From contig KZ537957.1 of assembly GCA_000934665.2 (NCBI GenBank), forward strand, positions 1 through 64,000: DNA of 64,000 bases. The letters run 5' to 3'. The stretch comes from Catajapyx aquilonaris (taxonomy: Eukaryota). Positions within the stretch are counted from its first letter, which is position 1. The number at the start of each line of letters is the position of its first letter. Of the stretch, positions 43,678 to 59,000 are shown piece by piece. Both the position numbers and the translations under genes were made by a program. The notes beneath the pieces are model-generated. The model was not told the DNA's origin. It saw only the letters and a program-made list of their open reading frames with translations, and did not search any database.

Positions 43678-46600
43678 GATTGGCTAGCCTCAACCGAGGC
43701 AACTGTGCAAGCAAAATAGCCTCTATTCAAGCCCTACTATTATTTTTGCACACCCAGTAGATGCCTAATGGGCTTATCCGGATGCAAGAGGAGCCCACTC
43801 CATGCTTTCCATCCTAGGGGGGCTCAGCCCGTTTCCATTTCGACAAGAAGGAAATTACCCCCCTCCGAAAATCGAGGTGGGAGAGACAAACCCATCCGAA
43901 TGACAAATCGCTCTGCGTCGCGTTTATTGTTCCGTCCATGGCGAGAAGCAGCAAAAATGGGAGAGGTCGTCTGTATCTAGTCCAATAATGGCGGGCCATG
44001 CATCAGAACCGGAAAATGCCATTATTTCGAAATATCCGTGAACGTAAAAAATGGAGAGTGTAAAATTAAAAAACATTGTGCGTCAAAAAGTATAAAATAG
44101 GGATGGAAAGGTCAGAGTGCATAGCAATGACACATTCATGTCACAAAGGTGGGGTATACTGTTACTTGGAAAGTTGCGGTGTGTACATAATGTACCGGTT
44201 GTTAATGCAAGGTGCACTTAAAACCTTCCCCGTTTGGTTTATATTCCATATACCCAATTCTGAGGTGTAGACCTGCAGCACAAAGGCAGAGCTAAGTTCA
44301 TTAGTCTTTGTAATGGGATCTGAAATCCATCTGCAAGTGAATCTGATACATAACTGCAACATAGTTTCCAGGAAGTTGCAGACAACCACTGGAATAATTT
44401 AGTTTCACGTTGATTGAAAGTGGTTGGAGGCTATGAAGTTTGAGATATTCATTATATTAAATGCAGGTTGCAACAGTGCATTTTTTTTTTCAACACAATG
44501 CATTATACAGTTGAGTGTGCACAGTTTCACCCTTATTTTGTTAATGAATAACCTTCTGAATCGTAAACACCAAGTGGATTATTTAAATCTGCAGCCTGGG
44601 TCGTGGCCCACTAAAATTCGTGTGTGCTAAACCCACAAAAATTAGTGTAGCGTAGAAATTGGGCTTAATCAGGGCTGTTCCCATGGAGCATTATCGTACA
44701 GGATATGGGCTAAAACCAGACCCTGTGTTTACCCCTAATACAGAACAGTACTAAAAAAAATTGTGGAACTGAAGTAGGTAGCATCTGCAACTAATAACAG
44801 TTCGGCACAAGCGTGACGATAAACCTTATTCAGAAACATCACGTTTAGATTCGAGTTCCACTTTGGGAATTTGACTACGCAAATATTTGCATCTCTCGGT
44901 ATCTTTCGTTTGATAAATTTGCACCTGTGACCTGGAAAAGCTGCTCTTGAAATTTTAATTAGCATAATGGAAATGTATCATTTTGTCGATTGCGCTACGG
45001 CTAATTTCCAGTTGATGTAAACAAAGTTGATGTTCAAGTGTTGACACTTCCAGCGTAACGCGCGGCCTTCCAACGTACAGCGTAACGCCCCTAAAGGCAT
45101 ACCGTTTATACAGGAGCGGACCCGGCTCGCCATGATTACTATTTAAAACTAGTAATTAAAACCTAATGACCCTCACTGTCAACATGCTAATCTAAACAGT
45201 GCAGGAAATGAAGCATCTGCCAGTAGCAAACCTGCGCAAGATAAATCCAAATGGCTCGTAGGCGTGATTGAATGTAACTAGAAATTTAATTGGGTATGCG
45301 GCGGATGGATTAACCATGTGTGGGAAATTTGCAGGACCTGTCGATGGCCAGGATATACCGTGTACAGTTTTTTTTGTGTTTTCATCTCCACACTAATGAC
45401 TACATCACTCCACCGTTAGCATTACTCAAATACATGCATAATACACTAAATTATTGCGCTATATCGTCATTGCCCTAAATGAAGCATATCGCTTGTAATT
45501 ATTTAGATTATTTAATCCAACCTGCATTGTATCAGCTCATTTATTTTGCAGATTTCAATGGATTTTCGGGTTTCCAACGTTCGATTCGACTGAATGGAAA
45601 ACAAACTACTTGACATTTCAGGGAACTAATTGCAAAAGATTTGTTTACCAGTCCTTGCACACAGCAAATGTCCGTTAAACCAAAGAACGATCTGACGTCA
45701 CGTTCAGCCCAACTCCACCCGACTCATCCCTCAAATCAAGTATACTACTGCGCATGCTCAGAAAACATGGCTGTTGTGACGTCTGTATGTTTATAATTAA
45801 TTTATATTCTGAATACAAACACACCGCACAGAAATATCCGCATTGCATACAAAATCTGCATTAATGCAGGAAGGCCAGCTCTGCAAACAGCTATTTAATT
45901 ATGCTTTGCAGCTCTGTTTACGCATAATGTACATACTAGGCACGTCACTTGACATCATACTCCACGTTACCACGATCTACGGACCAAACTTGCGCTAGGG
46001 TCCAAAATGCTAACCCTTTTCTCCAGACCATGGCCTCGTTACTGTACAGTGCTTTTCACATATCCAGGGTACAGTTCTGCAACTTAATTAAAAAGATAGG
46101 AATTTAATGTTCGCCCTGAGCGTGAAAGGTCAGCATACTTAAGGTCCCACTATGTACAGTACCTTTCCACACTACCAAGTACAATGGCTCCTTTAGCAAA
46201 TATGGGGCTGTAATATCCACTGACTTCCATCTCCTCTTTTTTTATTATTTTCTAAGAGTGCGATGCCCTACAAGCTATTATGAAACACCTTGTACATTCA
46301 AATTTTTTTACAGGGATCAGAATATTTGCAGAGTATTCATATAGCTGCTTGTTCCCTTGGATGACAGGTGATGAAGGAGCTTTGCCTGCACCAGAAAGGA
46401 TATTCTGCTGGAGCTTTAGACTTTTAGGGTATTGCTGGCTGGTCTAGGTGAAGCCCCCCACCCCCCTGCACGGCAATATTTTATATTCGCAGAACATGTT
46501 ATACAATATTCATAGCTTGCGAAAGAAGGATCGAAATTTCGTGCAGGACTCGCTAACCAGGTGAAGTCTTGCAAGATAAAGTGATCATATTGCCGGCATG

Positions 46601-47001
46601 AAAAACCAACTTTTCTCAAACTTAGTGCATAAAAACGGGTCCTATCTTACAGCACCCCCTTGAAAACCTGGTGATTAGCTCATAACGTTGTCAAAGTACT
46701 GGACCCCCAAAATTCCTCAAAATTTGGACCTTCCTGAATACTTTCTGAAGAACATTCACCAAGTGAAGAAAAGGGGAGTCAAGAAGAAGTTGCATGCAAT
46801 TCATACAGGCTAATTTACTCTCTTAATTACAAGGGAGAAGCCGGAATTAATGGCAACTCGGAGAGGCTTAAAACTGGAGGACGTGAGAAACGTACCTCTT
46901 AATTCTCCAGCTAATTCCTTACCCTAATCTAATTTTTGCCATGAATTTACAGCGAACTAGGTTTTTCCATGGAATTCATGAGCAGAATCACTGCCAAAAG
47001 G

Positions 47002-47093
47002 GCGCATGCTCGCTGCCAATCCGCGCATGCTCACTACCAATCCGCGCATGCTCGCTGCCAACTGCGCATGTTCGCTTCCCAAACTGCGCATGT
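47002..47093. repeat. ~21-bp tandem repeat, 4-5 copies
   Basis: gcgcatgctcgctgccaatcc and variants. Confidence 0.8.
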
Positions 47094-50000
47094 TAGTTTC
47101 CCCGGTAAACCGCGCGTCGAAAATAACGGCTACAGGAATTGCCTCGCTGCAAACAAATCGCCAATTTTCTGTGTTATCGCGACGCATTACGGTGACGAAG
47201 TGTGCTCTATGGAACACATTAATTATTCACAGCATTAATTCATCGGGGATACAACTGTATATGCATCGGTTGGAACCTGATGAGAGATGTTGCCAACATG
47301 CACCGATTTGGACACTGGGAGTAAGTGGGGGATGGCGGGGATAGGGTGGGATGCTGCTCGTTCATCGACCCAACGTTGCACACAACCCTTGCTTAATGAT
47401 ATTACCTCTAATATCACTCCCTTTTGGGTTCCGACCAAAGCCTTGGGAGGCACTGCCTCCCAAGGCAATGGTCGTTTCCGATCGTTCAAATGGCGATAGA
47501 AAGAGGATTAGCTTTTCTCCTGGAAACTTGGCTATGTGCCTGACCACTGCACTTGGATCAATGGTGGAACAACATTGAAGCCAGCCCCAACGAATACGAC
47601 AAAATTGCGCGTATTGACCATACATGCAATCAAGCCATCAATGGCTTTTTTTTATATACCCCCCCCCCCTTCCCCAAAAAACCCTCTCTTTTGAAGCGTT
47701 TTATCGATCAATTCGTCCGAAATTAAACTTGAGCCTTCAAGGCGCGCCATTTGATTCCGGCCAGGGAGAGAGATGATTGTCCTTTGTAATCCCTGGTGTT
47801 AGCGTGTCCTCCTACCTCCCCCCAGGTTATTATTGCAGTCAAGGTGCCAATCTCATTTCGGCCCATTGTTCCAGCACGCAATGAAATTCTTGGTCCATTC
47901 ATGGCTTGGTCCCAAATTTATCCTCGGGGTATTACTCTAAAGCCTGCACCTCTCATGGCCATTTAAGGTCATAAGCTGCTTTATCCACTAGCCGCAAAAA
48001 TTGGGGCAATTCCTAGGGAGATTTAAAAAAAAATTAGTTGCTAATATTGAATAGCAGCATTCAATTTTGGTCCATACCAGGTTGATAGCATGGGAACAAA
48101 AGCATGCATATAGGTTTTTTTAGAGTGTCGGAAACCTACATGATGATTGGAATGATGGCACGCGAATCTTGTAATAGTCTCATTTGCGTTCCCCATGGGT
48201 TAATCTTGAAGTCCGAATGATGACCGTTCCCTAATTACACGTTTGTTCGTGATTGATGAACATGTTGACGAGACGGGAAGGTCACTGCAGATACTACATT
48301 TTGCTTCACCCTGTATTTTTTGTCGGGTGCCGCATTGTATAATTATATCTTAATTTCAGTCGGCAATCACGGAATGTTCAAAGAGTGATGTGAATAAACC
48401 TGACCTTTTTGTAGGGATCCGCTAGGCCGCGGTAAACAACGAAAAATGCATGGTACTGTATATTAATATTTTATGTGTTCATTTTTTATGCCGCAATGCC
48501 CACAGCCTATTGCTAATAGAGTTTGCCATTGTCGAAACCTGTTATCATTTTTAAAAATGTCAATAGCAATTTTCATAATATTTACACCAGCTATATGTAC
48601 CGGTATAGGAAATAATTTTGTGGAATGCCATTTAATTGTTGACCTGAAATTTAACGTTGTTGCCTATATGCACCAGTAATATGACGCCCAGGAAGGGATT
48701 TGTGCAAATATGTAACGGCCGGCGAGAAGTGCAAAAGTAAAACGTGTCGTTAAAGTTTACTATCAACCCAAAAATAGTTCAAAAATTCCGCGCAGAAAAG
48801 TCGCGGGTCGTAGCTTGCGTTACATAACGTAACAACGTTACGGATCTTGCTGATGACCTCCACCTTGCATAATAATTCCGTTTCATACCGAACAAAACCA
48901 CCAGCTCGAACCTTCACTTATAGCCTGAGCCAAAGCAAATAGTCCCTAATGAACTCTTGCTGAACTTGTCAAACTTCTCTCTCCAATTATTGTTCTATTT
49001 ACTCCCCCTTACTTTAATTGCAACGCCGCATAAATCTGAACTGGATCGGTAAGATATATATTTCGGTCGGATGAACTTCCCTGATTATATTTAACCTGCG
49101 GGATAATTTAACGAGCTGGACTTGTGCAGCTTATGTTGGAATTTGCAGTCTAACCTTCTTCCTCTATACCACAAGATTTATGGGTCGGGGATGGTCCTGG
49201 AAGTAGCAAAGCCAGACCCAGAAATGCAATGTGGCCTTTTTCCTTTTCCTGTCTTCCTCCAGGGAACAGGGTGCACAAGAAGGATGAGACTATTTTGAAA
49301 ATTCAATCAATCACATGGATATAGGTATGTGTCCTACTGGACACACATGCTGCTGTCCCTCACTTATTGTAGCAGCATGTTGTGAAAAGTACTTTTGAAT
49401 GCAAAGTGTGGGCTGAATATATGTCGAATCTGATATTGAATGATATAGACGTTTAAAAAATATATAATAATAATAAATAATTTTTTTAAACATGTTGATT
49501 TGGAAGTTAGTGGAGGTTCAGAAATAATGAGCAGATTCGCTGCTTCACATCAATGGTTATAGTATTTTGACCTTTAGCTCAGTTCATACGTATATACCGA
49601 GATGCGTCATGCAGAGCTTAGGTCGTCCAAACCATTACTCCAAATATACAGTATACAGGTACGATTTGCTCGGTTTTCGTTATTGTTCGGAAAACGCTAG
49701 CCTTTTGAAAGCCTTCATAACAACTCTCCAAGAAGACGTTCGAAAATAACAAGCGCTTCAATATATAACGATATTCGAATCAGGCACACTAATTAAAATC
49801 ATTCTACAGAAAATTCAAAATTATTAGAACATTTTTCTTTTTTAAAATTCTGCACCCTTACCCCCCTTATTCACTGTTCGCTGCAGTTCCACCAGCTCAA
49901 TTCGGGCATAATACCCACTGTATTTCAAAGGAGAAGCAAAGCCCTTTCGACGAAGCTAACAAACGTGCCAGTACGTATAAACTTCTGATGACATGCACAA

Positions 50001-53000
50001 AGTGGACCTTTACGCAAGAGCTAAGACCGCATCAGGAATTAGGAAGCTCCCTGAGATGGAATTTCCAAAGGCGACATCCGAAAAGTGTTACGGTGAAAGG
50101 AAGAGAGCATCCCTTCTCTAACATGAGAGCACCTTTTGCGACTGTTTTCCTCCGCAGAAAATGGCGCAAGAATTGAGTTTCCTTTCTCCACACTTTTTTT
50201 GTTTTTTTTTTCGTGGTACCTGACGATTGTGGGACAGTGTTGACGTAATGGTTCTTTCTATCGTCCTCATCGTGGGGTCGATAAAATTCAAATATTTTCT
50301 CACCCCATTCCCAATAGGATGGCCCCTTTGCTGGCCGCCGCCACTTTGAAATCCATTTATGGAACGAAATATTTCATGACATTGTCCTGGTCAGGGAAGA
50401 GTGCAATGCATTGCAGGGTCAATGATTCCTTGTTTATTCCTGTCGAGGACAAATCTATAGGTTATGTCCTATTATACTATACATCAATAGTAACTTGTGT
50501 AGTAATGTGGCATCAGGTAGGCTATAGGAAAACATGTTTACGACTTATGTTGCATATATATAGTTGGTGTACAAAAATATATTGTACTTATTTTGATAAT
50601 TTAATACTGTACTTATCAGATTGTGTTACGACGGAACCCGCAATGTTTACTGCAGCAATCAACTACAGTAATTTACGTTGCAATTACGTTGAAAGCCAAT
50701 AAATCGGCCACCTATTTGTTATGTCTCATCCTCAATAGGCCCGCAATCAACATAAGCTGCCTGCTACAAAAACATTACATTATACATTACATTATTAATT
50801 CCGCCCTATAATAATTCACTGTACAGGTCATTTAAATACACGAAGGCTCTAATGGAGTCGGTTATCCTGGGGCAAAACATGGTCGTGGTAGATGTTGTCG
50901 TGTTCATTAGTCCTAGTCGCGGTTTCCCAGTCTGCGTATATCATGCATCTATAGCATAATGCGGCTGTATATGAAGGTCGCGTAATCACTACCAAAATAA
51001 TTCCGGGGATTTAAAATAAGTCACGAGCTTCCGCACCCACAGTTAGCTGCAAGTTAGAGATTTGTACGGAACTGAAGTTCTACCCAGTTCCTGCCATAAG
51101 GATTATTATTTCAGCATAAGTAGACACGAACCGCACGCAACTCTAGCCCTTGGCAACTTATGGAAATTTATTTTAAGCGCATGAAGTGATTATTTTTAAC
51201 GCAACAGAGTGCATGCCGATAAGTAGGCGTGTAATATCGGCATAATTTGACAATGTAGGTTACATAGTTTCATGCCCACGGATATAAAAACATCTAAATT
51301 CGTTCTGCCCGTATTGAAATGTTGGGGCTTAGGACCCTAGTCGAGGGCAATTCAGTTGAAAAGTCATGCCGGCAATTAATCAGCATTTATCACCATGAAT
51401 ATCCGGATTTGTACCGTACAGTTTTCAAATTGCGCTGTCAAAACTTTTCCCCCCAGTTTTTTTGGCCCTTCCTTAGCAAATATGCCAAAAAAAGGGGCGC
51501 ATAATAAAAAATTGACCGTGTGAACACCGCTTGTCACCCATAAGCGAAGCATGAAACTTGTCTGACTTTCAAATGATAAAACGCTCCATTGTGCCATACA
51601 GGCAAAGCGGAACTACTCTTTCGCTTTGTAACTGCTTCACTGATCAGCTTGCCCTACAGTGAACGCCTACGTCGTATAATGTTACACGTTTCAGGCCTGG
51701 CAATTACTGCAGATAGGAGGAAAGTGCGGGGATGTTTGTGCTGAAATCAACATCTAAGTACCTTCAGAGCGTGCAGAGTGCATGTCTCAACCTATTGCTA
51801 AATTAGGAGCTTGTACTTAGTGGTGAGTAGCTTACAGGAACCAAATAGTGAGAGATATTCAGCTAGTCGTGTCCCAAAGATGGCGGCCGAGCGAGTTCCA
51901 ACAAGTCCAATCCTGCTCTCTCTCAACGGCTTTCCAACCAATTTAAACCGTTCTTTTTTCCAGATTCCATTTTAATCCAATCACGCGCTTGATGGTGCGC
52001 GAATCTCCCGAAAAATTTAGAGCCCCATACAGTTTCCGAACATGTGATCCATAGCCCTCCCCCTTTGTTATGAAGAGAGGGGTAAGGAGGGGGGGAGGGG
52101 TTAAAGAGAAGATGAAAAGGTCGATCAGGCGCATGTGCGCACCTTTGTTGTAGCGGCCACATGCTGGGGGGACCTATTCACCAAGTTCTGGAATATATTC
52201 CTTTCGAAAGAGAACAGCGTCAGGTGCGTGGGATTGTTGCAGGGAGAATTCATTTGTTACCCGGGGTATTTGGTAATTACGGGGGGCCCTCTTCTTAGCT
52301 CAATACCGCACGGAGAATTGTGGGAACGGACAGCTGAGCAAATTTAAAGTAATTGGCATGCTGGCAGTGAAATGATAAGTGGATTTTAACTAAGCTGAGA
52401 AAATGCGTAATTTCTATTACAAATCAAAATTTATGAATGCTAATATGAAAAATTTGCAATGGGTCACAATTCACATAGCAGTTTCCTGACCAAAATGTGC
52501 AAATCCACTGACATAAACCTGTGCCTTGTCTGCAAAATTGCCTCAACCGTATTAACCACGCTTAGCTCATTAACATGGCAGCGATTCGTTCCAATTGCAC
52601 AAAATGCGGTCCATGAAAATGCAAAACACTGACACTCAAATGCAAACGCATGAACTGTCTGAAAACCAGCCAGAATACGAAACTGTATATATTTCTTTCT
52701 GCGTAACAAATTGCGCCTTGCTTTTCGAGGCAAAGCACGATCTGGTTGGCGGTTTTTGAAGCCATGGGTCTGTCCCTAGTGTCTCTCCTGTGGCAACAAT
52801 CCTCTCTAAGGATTGATCTTTCTTGAGCGGGGGAAAGGAGCCCTCCAAAAGAGATGATGTGGCAACAGTTGCAATCAATTTGCCGGATCCTCTTTCTCCC
52901 TTTAGGCCTTCCCATAACGCGAAGTCCCATTTCGTACAGGGAAGATGGGTCGAGGGAGGTCGTAACGATAAGTCGCACTGTCAAGATGGCCCCAAATTGG

Positions 53001-56000
53001 CCAATTTCAGGTGTAAATCATCTTACATCTTAGTTACTGCATATTTGAAATTTCGCCCAAGTTTTTTTTTGCCTACACATGTGACGTCAATGATGAACTC
53101 AGTGCCTAACTATAGTCAAAACAGGACCAGCCCGTTTCTCCTCAGCATCCCTGTGGGCACCGGTCACGAATATTGAATATACATGGCGCCCACTCTAAGC
53201 CACACCATATATCACCCCCTTGGCATCACCCAGGAAGAAGCCGCTGAATGAGCTGCCGGTATAATTCACCAGGCATGAATGACCAGGCAATTTACCTTGG
53301 AACCTGTTTTATGAAGGTTACCCCCTCATTTTGGTGCCAAATATGCAATTTGAACATCGTTTAAATGCAGAAGCCGTAAGTGTGCGAAACCGTGACCATA
53401 ACTGTGAGTGGAAACCGTAGAAAAGCGGTGTTGGCCCACATATGAGTATGTGTGTGCACATATGGTGTGGGACGAACAAAGAAGGTAGACAGGCAAGGGC
53501 GTGGAACTGGGCGGCAGGTTTCTGTATGGAGGTTGACTCTGATTCAAGATGTGTGACCCCAAGGTATATCAAGGATGGAATGTGGGTGGAAGTCGGGCAG
53601 ATGGACAATGAGTCATGACAGGACACCCCATTTTTTTATGAACTATGAAGTGGTTGCTAATTAGGTGGACAAACGGGGTTGACAAAGTCACCAGGAGGTT
53701 AATATTTTGCTTATGAAGAGTCCTGATATTTTTAAAATAAATATAGATAAAATGCGCATTACCAACTTCGATAGAGTCACAGCTGTTCATGTAAAGTTTG
53801 AAAGTACTGTTATAGCCCCCCATGATGTGTAACAAACTTCTAATCCGAGAGGAAGCATTAACTCCAGCTTCCTTTTTCCGCTCACTTGGGTCTCCAGGCG
53901 TTCAAAACCCGTTATAAAATATTAGGATGATTAAAACGGAAACATTACACTCCGCAGCTATTTGATCCCACTGCTTCATCAAGCTGATGGGGCTGGGCTC
54001 TAAAAAATTCATCAAATCTATCGAATTTTTTTAAACAAAATAATGCATTGAAAAATAGCTAATTTCAAATTCACTACAACGCATTTGCTGGATGAATGAC
54101 GGTCAGCAATTACGCTATTCGTAGCAAATGGACGTCATTCGGACCATATGTAACATGCCCGATTCAAGCACACGGAGACTCTTGATACATATTTGACTGC
54201 AGGCGTCAGTGTAGGTGCCAGAAAAGTGTCTCGCAAAAATTGTGCCACCAGCTGCAACACTTTGTGAAGCTTTTTATGTAAGTTCGAGGAAGACTAATGA
54301 CGTGGCCATATCGTAACGATTATTTTTGGGTGGTTATCGCTGTCAACATGAGCATTTTTAGCCACGGGTTGTGACAACGACAGACTCTGTCAATGTCCAG
54401 CTTGTAAATTTCAAACAATGTTATAGGTGTCTTCGTGCAATCCAATTTTTCGATTCCTGCAAATCCTGCAATCTCATCGTGGAAGAGACATGGTGATTTA
54501 TCCTCACACACACACATAGTCAAAGCCTTCGCGGCCTTGTACACTCGTACATTTATAGCCAACCCCGTAAATCTTCCCCGTCTATAAAAATCCACGCTCG
54601 CTTGCAGTTACACAAAATAACTCGCCGCCAAAAAAGATTGCATTTGTTTGCTCCTCCACAGCATCTTCTCAACTGCCGAAACGGGAAGGTGGCAACCATC
54701 TCCATTTACCACCTACTTGGCACCCTGATAGCTACGCCAGAAGAGATATAGACGATGGAATCGCCCACACATATTCTGTTCCTTGTCGTACATACGTGGC
54801 TCAGCACTTTAGTTGGACGCCCACTAGAAACATGGCCTTTGCTCAACCAGTTCAATGTCAAACACACGTTTGTGTTGCTCACTTTGAATAACTGGGCCGT
54901 ATAATTATGTCTGGATTGGGCTTATTTTTGATAAAATCCCTACTTACTACTGCTCAACGATCTTCCCAAATTAAATTTTTTGTAAAATTATAACCGAAAT
55001 TTTTAAAGCCTGCATTTTTGTAGAATTAGTCCAGCAATTAATTTCATGCACCTTGAAGCTTCTCTAAAATTTCTCATTAAAATGAGTCAGCTAACTCCTA
55101 ACCTAAAGGAACACATACAAAATCCCTGCACTGCATCAAGACTGCAGTAATTGCACAAATGTGAAGTTATATGCTTTGCACCAGCAAAGCCTCAAAACCC
55201 CCAACGTAAAAGAAGCAGTGTGGCCCTTATCGATTTCATATTACACTGGTGGGTTCCATTCCCTAAAAATACAAGACACCCTCCATTGTATCTGTAATCT
55301 CCAATAATTTTTTAGCCCCAAACCCTAACATAGAGAGTTTCTCTCCCAGTCTGAGGCAAATATCGAAAGTACTTTTTCTCCCCTGGAAAAGGTCAGGTCG
55401 TGGTAAGGTCACGTATGTGGAGATATATAGAAATGATCTCTACAGTCTCAAGATGAATTGGCAATGCAATGCATGACTTGGCTCACTCGTTTATTTCACC
55501 TAGTATATATGACTCCCCCCTGTACTTCTTCCACTTGTTGGCAAGCGACATTTTTTTGCCCTTTGGAAGTTAGCCAAGGGTCGAATTTTCCATCTTGTGA
55601 TGCAAACTGGACTACTCCCAAGGTGTGCCCGCTTCCAAAGCACTGCATTTCCTTCCCCGTGCTCTTGCGCTGCAGTAACCAGATCAGAACGAATTCGAAT
55701 ATCCGGAGCTGCGATGTTGCGGAAAAAAACTTGGAAAAAGAAGAAAAAAAAAGTTCAGTTGCCTGCATATATTGGCTTTGATCATATGAGATGTGATTCA
55801 ATTTGAGGGTAGGTTGCTTCCGGTTAAACAATTTCCTCAAATACAAATAAAAAGGAATTTATCAAGTGGTTTAGATCTGAAGAGATCATTGAACTTATGT
55901 CTGTTTACGGCTCCGTCACACCAACAAAAGCAAATGACTCTAATTAGCTCGAAGGTCGCATGCCACGAATAACCCCTGGTTACACATGCATTATTTTCCA

Positions 56001-59000
56001 GTAGTGAGTGGGAGAAAAACGAGATGCATCGAGGGTTCATCTTGCATGCGATAGAGCGTCATTGACCTGCAATGGAATTTTTTTGTCCTATAATAAGAAG
56101 AACAAGGCACGTCTAAACCTACAAAAGAACCTGAACTGTTCAAAAAAAAACAATTAAAGACAACCCGCCAATTGGCCTTTAAAATAATAAAACGAATAAA
56201 TTGCAACCCTAAAATATCCGAACCTCAACCAAATTTCGATCGACATGTCCCATACACATCAGCAAGAGATACTCCCACACTCCAATTGGCAAACCCTTAA
56301 ATCACTTCTCAGTGGAAGTGTTCCCCACAAGTATGGCACGAAATCCTAACAGGCGCCGGAACATCACAGCACTTCTTGTGATTCTGAAGTAGTTGTACTT
56401 CAACTGAGCTGCAAAATCCGTCTTCCGAAAGGCCAAGTGGGATTTGGAATCGAGGGAGAGAAAGAAGAAGAAGAAGAAAAAAAAAGGTGTTCCAACAGAG
56501 AGCATGGCATTAAAGTGGATTTCATGCTGCATGGTAGTTTATTTCTCGAGAAACTCATGTCTTCCGGATTTCAAGTCCCACGTAATTCTCGACAGCGGAA
56601 GAGATGAAGCACAGTTGAAGACGCTGATATTGCCCATTGATTCCATCGTGGTGCTCTTTCGTGAATAAGAGATGTGAAGAGGTTCTATTAGAATCGCACT
56701 TCACGGGGTTTCTATTGTGTAAGTTTGGAAAATGTGGTTTCTGTGCGGGTTAAACCTATACCTGATATCCAGAGCCAAATAAATGTTTGGCAGTATAGGA
56801 CAGATTGGAAGCAAGATATCACTGAAAAACTTTCTGCCATCCAATCAGTGTGACAAGATTGTTTCTTTTTTTTATTATTGGAAGGACAAAATTTTCGCTG
56901 TGACCAGTGTGGCAAAATTCAACCTGCTTATAAAATTTTCAAAAAACATGATAATTTGGCGAATGCAAATCAGGTCTTAACACTGTGCCAAACCTTCAAC
57001 TCTGACATTTCTGTTTAAGATGGTCCTTTTCCCCACCTCTCAGCCATAGTCACAAAACCATGCATTACACAGCGCTCTAGAAATTCATAAAAAAAAATTT
57101 ATGCTTCACCTTGAATAAAACATGCCACCATGGGATCTGTATTCTACTAGAAGATGCATGAATTCAGGATCACCCCCATACAGCCTGGCTGTAGATAAAC
57201 GTCAGCATGAGTGATGAACACACCAATCGCATCGTTTCTGTTCCCCCCTTTGCATCGACTGGCAAGAAAAGCCTCGTATAAATCAATTTCTCACTCACCA
57301 GCCTGCCCTCTATATGCTATAGAAATCAATGCACAAAACGCAGGAGAGTAAGTGAAGATTCTGCCCAAGTGCTTCCGTTTCATTTTCCAAAAATGCCTTT
57401 TTTGGAGAGTTGATTTGGAAAATGTGGTTATTCGAATTTTGACAACTGAATTTCTGTATTTTGTATAGGGAATTCGTTTAAAAAAATAATCGGTTGTAAT
57501 ATAGTGTAACAATTCAAATTCTGCGTAGGTTTCTTGGTAGACGACCCTGATATTACAGCCAGTACTAGGCTATCTCTGTATCTCTTGAGTGTAGACGAGG
57601 TCAAGTCCCTCCGTCAACGCAACTGTTGCGAAATACGACGCTTTTGTGAGAGGTACAGACTGCTAGAAGGGGTTGGCAAACGAGCATTCTGTACACAAGC
57701 ATTGTGTCCAACTGGAACCCGGCGCCTCGCCGTGTTCTGTACTAGGGCCAAGAATGGCACAAGTTCAAAGTACACCCTGCCAGTAACTGTAGTTCAAAAA
57801 TTCGCGCTATTTGTTGTTCCGTTTCGTTACCCCTTTTGTTATCTTGCTATAGTCTTTGTTCCTTGATGTCTAAGCTGATAAGCGAGTTCAAGGAAACCAA
57901 CACGGTACATTTGCTACGTTAAAAATAGAGGTTTCTTTATCGTCCTTGCCTTACTGTTTAATAATATCGCAAAAGAAGTGGCTTTAAATATTCATAGTTA
58001 TACCCAACCTATATGATTGGTATTGATCGAGCCATGGTCCCCAGTACATTTCGGCAGAACTCTTGGGGTTATATTCTGGTTTCCAAAAATACGTTCAAAA
58101 TCAACAAATCCAAATCGGAAGACAATGACACCACATTCTGGCTCGTGTCTGTTCCGTTGTGGAAACAAACACCTTCAAGAAATGTGGGCCACACATTCGA
58201 CAAGCCTAATATCAAATTATTTATGCCCTGAAAATAATTGCCGCCTGGAGATATTCCAAATTAGTTAGGCAAGTTCCCAAGTTCCGGAAAAGTCTGCCAG
58301 TGGTATAATGTTGTCTAGCGTGAGACGTGACACTTACACATGGCTGCCAAACCGCTTGAGAAGAAACGGTCTGCCAAAAGTAATACCTACAACAAGTCAT
58401 TATTGTTATGCAAAGTGCTTGCAGTCATCACCCATAACAAATGAATGATTAACAACATGAGCTTCTATTGTTATGCAATTGCATATTCTAATGATGAGTG
58501 GACATTATGTAAGGAGTGGACCTTCAAGTTTATACCCGGAAATACGGGTCCATTCAGACCCCTACATCGTTATACGGTGTATTAGGGAAGAAAATTGCTT
58601 CCAACCTTGAGCTCCAGCACGGCCCCTTCTTCAGCCCCTAGTATATAATATGGGAAGGCGGTTCAATATCGTCCAATACCCCGATAGAAGTTAGTAACCG
58701 AAGGCAGCGACGAGCTGCACCATCCACCAAATCATTTTTTCTCTTCCAGTCTAAAAAGTGCCTGTGGGAATGAGGAGAGGCTGCCAGGAAAGAGGTAGAA
58801 GACGACCAAAAAAAAATAAATGGTAGGAGGGCTTCAGGGGTGTAGTATTGGCGGTTTCCACAAAGTCCCAAGTACGCAGCTCTCCTTTGATACCCAGTCC
58901 AATTTCCAGGGAAAGCGGCGGAAACTGTGCTTAGAGCACTGGCACTTGGGTTGGGAGGAATTTATCAAGGTACTCAAAAGGACATGTCAGCAATCCGCCA

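Noticed and set aside
43386..43730. ORF with repeated REGPYPEWPVGLR
   Set aside because: Translation of the 39-bp minisatellite. The units are contiguous with no unique spacers, so it is not CRISPR-like either.
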